DNA of 26,093 bases from a virus (Duplodnaviria; Caudoviricetes), in IMG/VR virus record IMGVR_UViG_3300020403_000077, positions 1-26,093 of that record. One strand, written 5' to 3'. The notes under the pieces were generated by a model. That model did not search any database. It saw nothing but the letters and a program-made list of their open reading frames with translations, and had not been told where the DNA came from. Numbering within the stretch: position 1 is the stretch's first letter; every line of letters begins with the position of its first letter. The position numbers and the translations under genes were made by a program. Positions 1-8,397 of the stretch are shown here, piece by piece.

Positions 1-896
1 ATCAATTTTCTAAATGTTAAAGGCTTAGAATTATTTATTAAGTCTTGAAACTTATCATATCCCATTTCACTAGGATCTGATTCTCCTAATTCTATAAGAT
101 GTACTTCTTTATCTAATTTCATAAAATATTCTGCCATTTTTATAGAATGTTCTAATGCATCTGAGTCTAATGCAATATTTATTCTTTTTACTTTATTTTT
201 TATTATTTTTGTTTTAAGACTATCTAACATTAGTTTACCAAACAATGGTATAGCATTATGCCTAGCTGCAATTGCATCGAATGCACCTTCTACTATTGTT
301 ATTGGCTCATCCCAATTGATAAACATATCAAAACCAATAATATCTTTACTAACCCTAGGATTGTTATGCTTATATGTAGCATCTTCATAATAACTTCTAC
401 CAGTAAAAAAGTTTAGATTACCAGTAGAATCATAACTAGGTATAATTACCATGCCACTATATCTTCCACTTTCGCATATACCAATTCCATATCTTAACAT
501 GTCTTTACCATTCACTCCTCTACCAAGAAGATATTTAATGGCATTCTTATATTCTGGGCTTTTTTTATTTCCTAAATATAGTGGTGTATATTCTATAGGA
601 AGAGATAAATCATCATATTTTTTAGAGGTTATAGTACTAACAACTTTACCAATTATCTTTGATAGTCTATTCATTATTTCTTGAGATACATTTAACTTTC
701 TAAATAATGATGCTATAGTTCTACCCTTTGCACTACATACCCAACATTGCCATTTTTCTGTTTCAATATGGATATTAAACTTCATCTTATGGTGTTTACA
801 AAAAGGACAATGAAAGCCAACTTCTCCAGTATGACTATTATGCTTTGACTTACCAAGCACTTGCTCTAATATTTGTAGTGTTCTTAAGTTACCCAT
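1..896 (-). CDS. dnaG: DNA primase (Zn-binding domain + TOPRIM), 3' end truncated by the window edge
   Basis: Translated by hand from ATG at 896: MGNLRTLQILEQVLGKS...FHCPFCKHHK...WQCWVCSAKG (Zn ribbon), IIPSYDSTGNLNFFTGRS, TIVEGAFDAI and IALDSDA (TOPRIM acidic motifs); frame stays open to base 1. Not in the ORF track because the stop lies outside the window. Confidence 0.93.
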   Translation of the reverse strand, partial: MGNLRTLQILEQVLGKSKHNSHTGEVGFHCPFCKHHKMKFNIHIETEKWQCWVCSAKGRTIASLFRKLNVSQEIMNRLSKIIGKVVSTITSKKYDDLSLPIEYTPLYLGNKKSPEYKNAIKYLLGRGVNGKDMLRYGIGICESGRYSGMVIIPSYDSTGNLNFFTGRSYYEDATYKHNNPRVSKDIIGFDMFINWDEPITIVEGAFDAIAARHNAIPLFGKLMLDSLKTKIIKNKVKRINIALDSDALEHSIKMAEYFMKLDKEVHLIELGESDPSEMGYDKFQDLINNSKPLTFRKL

Positions 897-901
897 TATA
901 G

Positions 902-936
902 GTATAATATAATAAAAATTCTTTAACTGGTAAAAT
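902..936 (-). promoter_or_regulatory. sigma70-like early/middle promoter upstream of primase (TTTACC-N17-TATATT)
   Basis: Minus strand ATTTTACCAGTTAAAGAATTTTTATTATATTATAC; 30/35 identical to 24777..24811; both copies are intergenic and point into downstream genes. Confidence 0.7.
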
Positions 937-944
937 CTGAGGTA

Positions 945-1334
945 TTATTTTTCTTTTAGCCAGGCAGTTGGAATTACCTTATCTGACCATAATATATTAT
1001 GCTTTTCGCAATAATCTGCATAGGTTGTTTTAGAACCTTTTCTTATTTTTCCGTTAGGATTTTGAAAAACAAATCTAATATCTAATTCTGGATGTTGTTG
1101 TTTTATTAGTAGATGCTTTTTACGATCTTCTAATGTCCATCTACCCTTTGTTTCTATTAAGATACCATTTGGAAGTGTAAAATCTACTGTATATTTATGG
1201 TGTGTTTCAGGCTTTACGTATTCAATTTGCGTAACCTCATATTCAAACTTAACCTTTTGTTCTGAAAGTGCAGAAGCGACCTTATTTTCAAAGCCGCTTC
1301 TATACCCATTTATTTGTTTTATTCTTCTTGCCAT
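945..1334 (-). CDS. T7 endonuclease I-like Holliday junction resolvase (PD-(D/E)XK)
   Basis: YRSGFE, YTVDF-x6-IETKG, DRKKHLLIKQQHPELDIRFVF, KTTYADYCEKH and IPxxWL closely follow T7 gp3 family motifs. Confidence 0.92.
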   Translation of the reverse strand: MARRIKQINGYRSGFENKVASALSEQKVKFEYEVTQIEYVKPETHHKYTVDFTLPNGILIETKGRWTLEDRKKHLLIKQQHPELDIRFVFQNPNGKIRKGSKTTYADYCEKHNILWSDKVIPTAWLKEK

Positions 1335-1359
1335 ATATAACCTTTATTGTTTTTAACTA

Positions 1360-3798
1360 TTATGTAGTTGATACGTCTGCTACATCACATAAGCAAAATG
1401 CTTGTATTGACCATCCCGATCCATCACTAATACATTCTACTCGAGTACCTCTCAAGAATTTTGAATTTGCAAATTCGAAGTGAGTACCTGAAATATCTTC
1501 ATTTCCATCATCACATATTGCAACACCAAATAATATTGCAGATGGTGCTGAGAATCTAACTGTGGAAGCTCCTGGAGCTGCAACTGAAAGGAATGTGTAG
1601 CTAAGACCTGCTTCTGCAGCTGGTAGCTCCATTACTACGTTATTACTATCAGCGCCTGCGTTTATTACAAGTACCTTGTTTGAAGGGTCAACTTCAACTG
1701 CACTTGTCATATTATTAGTTACTGAACCTCCAGAGTTTGTAATAGTTTCAGTTGGTCGCTTATTAGATAAGACGTTGATGAAACTTGTTGAAGCTCCACT
1801 TGCACTAATAGTAGCAGATGCAGTTATATGTCCATCTACTCTTAACTGGCCATCCAGATGTAAATCTGGAGTATTTACAGCTAAAGTAGTAGTTGAATTA
1901 CCAGTAATATCTCCAGAGAATATACTATCTACAACTAATGTTCCACTCGTACTTATATTAGTTGAAGCCGTTACTGGAGTATTTAATTGTATTTGACTCG
2001 TATTAAATTTACCAACAATAACATCGTTTGCTTCAATATCAACAGTGTCATTCGTCATTTGAATTCCAGTGTTTGCATCACCTACACGACTTACTAAACT
2101 ATCAGCTTCAAACTTATTAGCAATAATAGTTCCACTTGCACTTATATTACTAGATGCTGTTATGTTTTGTGTTGCCTTTATACTTAGAGCTTGAATATCA
2201 CCTAAACTTGATAATATAATTTGATTATCTGCGAAAAGTCCAGAGTCTCCTATTACTTGACCACTTGAGCTTATATTAGAAGATGCAGTTATTGTTGTAG
2301 TATTAAAACCTGGACCAGGTACATCTAGAACACCATTTGCTTTTCTTATGTTCTGATCTTCTACCAATACATTTGTAAACTGACCATATCCACTACCACT
2401 TATATTACCTGATGAAGTTACGTTGAATATAGTCATACCTCCACCTATACTAAGGGTAGATGTTGCACTCATAGATATATTACCAGATGCAGTAATGTGT
2501 CCAGCGTTACCTGAAAGTACAATTGTACTGGTACCTACTGTTAATGTACCGCCAAGAATGTGGTCTCCTGTTACGTGACTTCCACTAATATTATTTCCAA
2601 ATACAGTTTTACCGCTAGTTCCACCACCAAATACTTCAAATATTCCATTCATAGCTGAATCACCAGCTCTAATTATACTATCTCCAGTATTTGAACGTAA
2701 ACTTGAATGATTAACAACAGATCTTGCTCCTTCTGTTCTTAGTGCAAATTGAGATACATCAAGTTGCTTAAGTTTAAGTGCTGGAGTAGATTCTCCAGAT
2801 AGGTTTTGTACTTCTAATTTACCTTGTGGAGCTCCTGCTGGACCTATTTGTACTAGTCCATCAAAAGAGTGAGTTGCAGTTAGTGAACTTGCACTTATAT
2901 TACCAGATGCGGTTACGTTACCTGCGATTGTAATATAATCTGCGGTATCATCTCCAAATTTATGAGTTCCTGAACCTGTATAGTTTCCTAATACGTATAA
3001 CCAGTCTTCAGTTGCATTTCCTAATCTAAAGTTTCCTGAATGTGTTATATTACCCATAATAGTTACATAATCTTCAGTACCATCTCCTAGTTTAGTAGTA
3101 CCAGATGATGTGATGTTTCTAACAGTTAAATCTTGAAGTGTAGTATGACCTAAAACTTCTAATGTACCTGAAACTACTACATTTCCTGAAGCTGTAATGT
3201 GACCGTCAGTAGTACCTGCACCACCAACAGAAAGTTGTTGACTTGCTGATATTCTACCTGCAACTTCAAATTCTTGGTTAGGGTCTGCAACTTTAACACC
3301 GACATTACCATCTGCTGAGTGAACGAATAGGGAAACGTTCGCAGAATCATCTTTCCAGTGCCAATCACCTTTAAGGTTGTTAGTTACAGAGACATCATCT
3401 TGGTCAATTGCATCAATATATCCAACACCATCAATATAAATATCTTTCCATTCTTGTGTTGAAGTACCAAGGTCTAATCTATCATCTAGATCTGGAATTA
3501 TACTAGAAGAAACGTCTGCTCCAAATACTACGTAATCTGTGTTTGTGTCTCCTAAAAATATTCCACCAGGTGCAGATGCAGATATTGTTGATTCACCAAT
3601 AACTCTAATATCTCCTGTGAAAAGTGCGTTCGAGCACGTTAATTCTCCTGATGCACTAATTGAGCCTTCAACTCTTAGTACTGGATGTCCGTCGTGTTGC
3701 GGAGATCCGCTAATAACTAGTCCACCGTTAGTTGATCCGGTTATGGATACTTTTACTCCATCATGTGGGTTTACACTGTTTACATTAAGTCTACTCAT
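1360..3798 (-). CDS. Tail fibre / virion fibre protein with ITASGNISAS-type beta repeats
   Basis: 812 aa, G/S/T-rich; repeated (H/N)ITAS(G/S)NISAS; IIPD..DLG...WKDIY fibre motif; three 22-aa tandem repeats; C-terminal LPAA.AGL.YTF...VECISDG..W domain; lies at the end of the baseplate cluster. Confidence 0.75.
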   Translation of the reverse strand: MSRLNVNSVNPHDGVKVSITGSTNGGLVISGSPQHDGHPVLRVEGSISASGELTCSNALFTGDIRVIGESTISASAPGGIFLGDTNTDYVVFGADVSSSIIPDLDDRLDLGTSTQEWKDIYIDGVGYIDAIDQDDVSVTNNLKGDWHWKDDSANVSLFVHSADGNVGVKVADPNQEFEVAGRISASQQLSVGGAGTTDGHITASGNVVVSGTLEVLGHTTLQDLTVRNITSSGTTKLGDGTEDYVTIMGNITHSGNFRLGNATEDWLYVLGNYTGSGTHKFGDDTADYITIAGNVTASGNISASSLTATHSFDGLVQIGPAGAPQGKLEVQNLSGESTPALKLKQLDVSQFALRTEGARSVVNHSSLRSNTGDSIIRAGDSAMNGIFEVFGGGTSGKTVFGNNISGSHVTGDHILGGTLTVGTSTIVLSGNAGHITASGNISMSATSTLSIGGGMTIFNVTSSGNISGSGYGQFTNVLVEDQNIRKANGVLDVPGPGFNTTTITASSNISSSGQVIGDSGLFADNQIILSSLGDIQALSIKATQNITASSNISASGTIIANKFEADSLVSRVGDANTGIQMTNDTVDIEANDVIVGKFNTSQIQLNTPVTASTNISTSGTLVVDSIFSGDITGNSTTTLAVNTPDLHLDGQLRVDGHITASATISASGASTSFINVLSNKRPTETITNSGGSVTNNMTSAVEVDPSNKVLVINAGADSNNVVMELPAAEAGLSYTFLSVAAPGASTVRFSAPSAILFGVAICDDGNEDISGTHFEFANSKFLRGTRVECISDGSGWSIQAFCLCDVADVSTT
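2920..3117 (-). repeat. Three tandem 66-nt (22-aa) repeats inside the fibre gene
   Basis: NITSSGTTKLGDGTEDYVTIMG / NITHSGNFRLGNATEDWLYVLG / NYTGSGTHKFGDDTADYITIAG, followed by a partial NVTASG. Confidence 0.85.
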
Positions 3799-3824
3799 TT
3801 TATTTTCCCTATCTTATTCTTGTA

Positions 3825-4520
3825 TTAGTAGTCACTAACATTTATTAAATCTATCTCATTCATTCTATTAAAGCTAGTGAGCACAAAGTTGCTACCCAAG
3901 CCTATATCAACAGTACCACTAATTGAAAATGGTCCTATCCAAATTCCATATTGTCCGTCAGAAAGTGTTGATACTCCTGATGCGGTTATTTGATTTTGAG
4001 CGAGAACTTCAGCGTTTATAGCTGTTCCATGTATGTTTCTCCATCTTAAAGATTGTGTACCTATATCAAAGCTTACATCAGAATTTGGTCTTAGTTGAGA
4101 AGTAATATCTGCATTGAAAGTTACAGAATCTGTATTAGCATCGCCTCCAACTAGATTACCTCCTAAAGTAATATTTCCAACAATATCAGCATCACCAGTT
4201 AATCTTAAGTTAGATGCTGTTATTTCTGAAACAGTTAATTTTGAATCTGCAGAAGTTAATTGTAAATTACTAGCTGTAACGCTTCCTCCAAAATTACCAT
4301 TTCCAATAATTAGTAAATTAGAACCTGTTATATTTCCAGATGCACTTACATCAGATACACCTGATAAATTAACGTTTGTAAGCTGGCTACCATCACCGAT
4401 AAAGGCAGTAGCAGTTACGCTTCCTGAAACCTCATGTGAACCTGTTAGATGTCTAAAGTTTCCATCTACTTCGGTATGGGTTAAAGGTGTACCTTTTACG
4501 TCTCTAAATACTAATGTCAA
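3825..4520 (-). CDS. Short tail fibre / fibre adaptor protein
   Basis: TTG start with SD AAAGGAG; N-terminal R..KGTPLTHTEVDGNF baseplate-anchoring-type motif; AFIGDGSQLTNV fibre motif; GDANTD..LRPNSDVSFDIG..RWRNI module shared with the 812-aa protein. Confidence 0.7.
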   Translation of the reverse strand: MTLVFRDVKGTPLTHTEVDGNFRHLTGSHEVSGSVTATAFIGDGSQLTNVNLSGVSDVSASGNITGSNLLIIGNGNFGGSVTASNLQLTSADSKLTVSEITASNLRLTGDADIVGNITLGGNLVGGDANTDSVTFNADITSQLRPNSDVSFDIGTQSLRWRNIHGTAINAEVLAQNQITASGVSTLSDGQYGIWIGPFSISGTVDIGLGSNFVLTSFNRMNEIDLINVSDY

Positions 4521-4534
4521 AATAAATCTCCTTT

Positions 4535-4595
4535 GTATAAATACACTGCTGAACTACATATAAATATAGTTGTCTTACTCAACATATATAAATAT
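4535..4595 (-). promoter_or_regulatory. Three copies of the putative late promoter motif TATTTATA
   Basis: Plus-strand TATAAATA at 4536-4543, 4559-4566 and 4587-4594 in an 87-bp gap upstream of the fibre genes. Confidence 0.6.
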
Positions 4596-4607
4596 AACGC
4601 ACTTTTA

Positions 4608-6410
4608 TTAAGTGTCAAACCGAACAACAAAAGTCATGTCGTAGTCAGGTAGCTTAAACATAGGTTGCGCTAAAGTACCAATTACCAATAATTCTCCAGC
4701 ATCGTTATATAGTCCTATTCTTGTAATATATGGGTTCCAAGTATCATCACTTGTAAATTGAAATAATTCATTTGTTTTACGATTCTCAATTGTACTAGGA
4801 TTGAGAGTTTGATTATATTCATTAGACTTTATTTCACATGAATATAAGTTTTCTTGTAAGCGTGTAGTGGCTCTAAAGCTCACAGTTGCGGTTTCTGGTG
4901 CTTTTGCAGTATATGCTGAGGATGGATGTGTTAAAACAATTTGTCCATGTTCATAAAATACATTACCCCAATGATTGATACCTGTTCCGCTAGACGAACT
5001 TAAATAGTTTACTTGTTCTGTTGAAAAAGAGCCACTATATATTCTAAATTCATCAATAGAACCTCTAAATGTTCTAGTAACTGCTAATTTTCTAGGTCTA
5101 GTATTTGTTCTTTTATCTAAATCTCCATTAGTAGAATATACTTGTGAACCTAATACAATTGAATTTTCATTTCGTATAGCTCTAGTATCTGACATTATAG
5201 AAGTGTCGCCATCACTCAAATTAAAGTTATTATATAGGTCTAACCTTGAACCTGACTTTTGGAAAAGAATATGTCTCCATTCTCCATCAGTTATATCTTC
5301 TTCAATTGTACAAGTTCGTACCAGTCCAGATCCATCTTTTCTACTTGCATGTAAATATCCTGTTGTGTTGTCAATTTCTATTCTAAAAGGATATGCTGTA
5401 TCAGTGTCTCCGTTTACTACTCCATTTTGTTCTTGACCAGTATCAAATGTACCTGAATCTGCTGGTATTATATGAGATAAAATTACATTTGTTAGTTTAT
5501 CTGTGTCATATTGGTTCTCAACTTTTAGATAAAATGATATTGCAAAATCTTCATTTTCTACAAAGTTTATATCTGGATTATTTGCATCTCTATCTATTTT
5601 TGCAAAACTCCAGCTTTCTAGAGTTGTTGATTCATCAAAACCTGTAGGTATTGTTGTAGAATCTCCATACATTCCAGTAAATTCTATACCTGTTCCATAA
5701 TAACTTCCAGTTACCACCTTTACTCTATTAGAACTAACTGGAGTATTAAACATTCCATAGTCTTTAATACTACCTGAAAGAATTTGTTGGTCTAAAAATC
5801 CTTTTCCAAAGTCTGGTCTGTATTGATAAGGTGTTAAGTCTTTGAAAGGTAAATATAATACTGTTCCTTCAACTGGTGGTAAACTAGGATCTTTATAGTC
5901 TCCACTCGAAGTTGCATAGGCTGAATTATATAGGTTGCCGTAGCCATCATCCTTTAATACTATTTCTTCTCCACTAGGTGTAGAGTCAAAGGATACAACA
6001 ACAGAACGCTTATCTATTTCTTCCCCATAAATGTAGTGTGGTACAGAGATTACATATGCAGTATCATATAGTTCTCTATACTCTCTTGAATCTCCATTAG
6101 TACAAAAAACATCACCATGTTTAGGCCAATCTCTATAGTACATATGCCAAAGATTATCCCAAACAGATCTTGAAGGTATACGAATTGCTGAATTTAGGTT
6201 TTCACTTCCACTATTGAATTCAGTAAATCTATCTGCCTTTGCAACTAGTCCATATATTTTAGGCACAATAAGCTCATTACCTACTGGTATAGGTAAATCT
6301 GGCTCGTATGAAGCAGAAAAATTAGCTAATGTAAGACTATATCGCTTGTTTGCCTTGAATCTCTGGACCTGTATGTCATCTGGCGAAAATGTCTTAAAAA
6401 CGTCGGACAT
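4608..6410 (-). CDS. Baseplate/tail-associated protein with LamG (ConA-like) domain
   Basis: DFAISFYLK, DGEWRHILFQK, IVLGS, FRGSIDEFRIYS..FSTEQV are LamG hallmarks; C-terminal YITRIGLYNDAGELL module is paralogous to that of the 406-aa neighbour. Confidence 0.75.
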   Translation of the reverse strand: MSDVFKTFSPDDIQVQRFKANKRYSLTLANFSASYEPDLPIPVGNELIVPKIYGLVAKADRFTEFNSGSENLNSAIRIPSRSVWDNLWHMYYRDWPKHGDVFCTNGDSREYRELYDTAYVISVPHYIYGEEIDKRSVVVSFDSTPSGEEIVLKDDGYGNLYNSAYATSSGDYKDPSLPPVEGTVLYLPFKDLTPYQYRPDFGKGFLDQQILSGSIKDYGMFNTPVSSNRVKVVTGSYYGTGIEFTGMYGDSTTIPTGFDESTTLESWSFAKIDRDANNPDINFVENEDFAISFYLKVENQYDTDKLTNVILSHIIPADSGTFDTGQEQNGVVNGDTDTAYPFRIEIDNTTGYLHASRKDGSGLVRTCTIEEDITDGEWRHILFQKSGSRLDLYNNFNLSDGDTSIMSDTRAIRNENSIVLGSQVYSTNGDLDKRTNTRPRKLAVTRTFRGSIDEFRIYSGSFSTEQVNYLSSSSGTGINHWGNVFYEHGQIVLTHPSSAYTAKAPETATVSFRATTRLQENLYSCEIKSNEYNQTLNPSTIENRKTNELFQFTSDDTWNPYITRIGLYNDAGELLVIGTLAQPMFKLPDYDMTFVVRFDT

Positions 6411-6423
6411 ACCTATTCCCTAT

Positions 6424-7644
6424 TTAGAATTCAAGTTTTACACGTACAAGAGCCTCTCTTGAAAATGTTTTTAATAACGGTTTACTTAATTTTGCAACTG
6501 CTAGTAATTCATTATTGTCATTATATAATCCAATGGTTGTTATGTATGACTTAGGGTCTCTAAAGAAAGATGCATTTGCAAATGTTCCTGCTGAACCTGA
6601 AGTAAAAGTTGGATTATTTGAAAAGTTAAATTCATTATTTTTAACTCTAACAAAGTAATGAGTTGAATGTATTGTTTCTTTATTTCTTGCAGCAAAATAT
6701 CCTACTTGAGCTGTCGAAGATCCACTTAAATGGTGGAAAAAGTGAGTTGTATTAGCATTAGAAACAGTAACTGCTGTTGATGAATATGCATAACTAGAAG
6801 AATCAACTGTTAATCCAACTTGACCATCTATTGCAGCAGTATCTAATATAAGTACTCCCATATCAGGATAAACTACACCATAGTGATATGTATCTCCACT
6901 AAATAAACCTGCGTCTATTGTACCACTTCTAATAAAGTATTGTCTACCTGCTTCTGTAACCGTACCATCAGAAACTGTAGAATCATCAATTAGTTTTATA
7001 GGAGTTGTATTTCCAGATACATGTAATTCCCAATTACCTGGATCTATTTTTTCTTTCATTCTAGTTCTTTGAAAGTTTATTGCATAGAATTGCTCTAAAT
7101 TTGCTGAAGAACTAGGGTGAACACTAGTTACTGTAAATTGTTCATCTCCTGCATTTAACAACGTATTTGCATATTGTTTATATACTGCTCTACTAGGACT
7201 AAAACCTACAGAAGCATATTGAGGTACAGCAGAACCAGATCCCTTAAAATGTCCGTATGCTATTGCAAACTGGATTTCTTGATTATTATTTGTAGACGGA
7301 TCTTTTTGATATACATCTAAATAATATTCACCAGAACTTTGGCTCTGTGCAGATGAAGTAAACATTCCACTTATTTCTCCTGTGTTTTCGGAAAATAGTG
7401 CTGCCGTTACTACATCTGAATCTAAATTTTCGACTATATCATCAGGACCAAATTCAGAGTATATTGAAGTTATAGCTCTTGGTGTAATAGGGTTTGGCCT
7501 TGGTCTAACGAAAGGTCTTCTACTCGGTTCTTGTTGAGGTCGTTCTCTATCTCTAGTGACTCTATCACTCTGATTTTGGCCTTTTGATGGGCTTAATCTA
7601 GCTGGTGATACTGGGTTTCCTCTACTGTCTCTATATGTTGCCAT
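6424..7644 (-). CDS. Baseplate-associated structural protein (paralog of 4608..6410 without LamG)
   Basis: C-terminal YFVRVKNNEFNFSNNPT...YITTIGLYNDNNELLAVAKLSKP; IKLIDDS...YGVVYPDMG module; Arg/Pro-rich N-terminal ~60 aa; SD GAGG. Confidence 0.7.
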   Translation of the reverse strand: MATYRDSRGNPVSPARLSPSKGQNQSDRVTRDRERPQQEPSRRPFVRPRPNPITPRAITSIYSEFGPDDIVENLDSDVVTAALFSENTGEISGMFTSSAQSQSSGEYYLDVYQKDPSTNNNQEIQFAIAYGHFKGSGSAVPQYASVGFSPSRAVYKQYANTLLNAGDEQFTVTSVHPSSSANLEQFYAINFQRTRMKEKIDPGNWELHVSGNTTPIKLIDDSTVSDGTVTEAGRQYFIRSGTIDAGLFSGDTYHYGVVYPDMGVLILDTAAIDGQVGLTVDSSSYAYSSTAVTVSNANTTHFFHHLSGSSTAQVGYFAARNKETIHSTHYFVRVKNNEFNFSNNPTFTSGSAGTFANASFFRDPKSYITTIGLYNDNNELLAVAKLSKPLLKTFSREALVRVKLEF

Positions 7645-7655
7645 GTTTTATTCCT

Positions 7656-8330
7656 CTATCTGTATGCCGGTGATTCTAATATATTGGTACTAACCTCTTC
7701 TTTATTAACTGTAATAGTCACAGTTGCAGAACCTCCTGTTTCATTACCAATTATAGTTAGAGTCGTAGATTGTGCTTGTAACGGCTGTGCCTTTGCAACT
7801 ATTTGGAAAGACTTACCAACTACACTAACTGATTTCACATTTGTTTCTATTGGAGATGGTACTGTTGGGTTAAATCTTGAATCTACAGCACCTCCTGGAG
7901 CTACATTTAGATAACATACATCTGAATCTGCAAGTATTGCCGTATATCCAAAAGTATTGTTTCCATTTTGGAAGTTAGTTGTTGATGGCACTACTGTTGC
8001 AGCTTGTCCTGCGTTTGTTAATACAATTGCTGCAGGTAATGCTGTCACAATTGGCATTTTTGAAATATTCTTAGGTAAAGTTACTAATTTATATTTCATC
8101 ATTTGTGTTTCATCTGGACTTGCTTCAATTATTGGCATTGATTCAATTGCCTGTCCGTAATAATTTGTTCCTAAAGCATGATTAACGTCCCATAGTGAAT
8201 AGTCAATTTCATCATCTGCAAGGGCAAATTTTGTAATGTTAAACGCAGATCTATTCTTAGCTAAAAGTTCTCTACCCTTTTTAGTTAAGATCGCGTCAAC
8301 TGTAATTGTTGTTTTATCTAAATATCCCAT
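7656..8330 (-). CDS. Baseplate protein with tail-collar (DUF3751/P2 gpH N-terminal)-like start
   Basis: AILTKKGRELLAK...ITKFALADD; beta-rich C-terminal half ending GGSATVTITV; SD GGAG; follows the gp7-like gene. Confidence 0.65.
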   Translation of the reverse strand: MGYLDKTTITVDAILTKKGRELLAKNRSAFNITKFALADDEIDYSLWDVNHALGTNYYGQAIESMPIIEASPDETQMMKYKLVTLPKNISKMPIVTALPAAIVLTNAGQAATVVPSTTNFQNGNNTFGYTAILADSDVCYLNVAPGGAVDSRFNPTVPSPIETNVKSVSVVGKSFQIVAKAQPLQAQSTTLTIIGNETGGSATVTITVNKEEVSTNILESPAYR

Positions 8331-8363
8331 TTAATGTCTCCATATTTTTACAGATTATATCAA

Positions 8364-8373
8364 TAATAAATAT
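8364..8373 (-). promoter_or_regulatory. Putative late promoter motif variant (ATATTTATTA)
   Basis: Plus-strand TAATAAATAT in the 67-bp gap upstream of 8330; shares ATATTTAT with the other intergenic copies. Confidence 0.45.
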
Positions 8374-8397
8374 AAAACTGTTTTAATTTTGTATATA

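Noticed and set aside
1360-1700. Diversity-generating retroelement target at the fibre C-terminus
   Set aside because: No reverse transcriptase or near-identical template repeat in the window and no C-type lectin motif; a remote element cannot be excluded.
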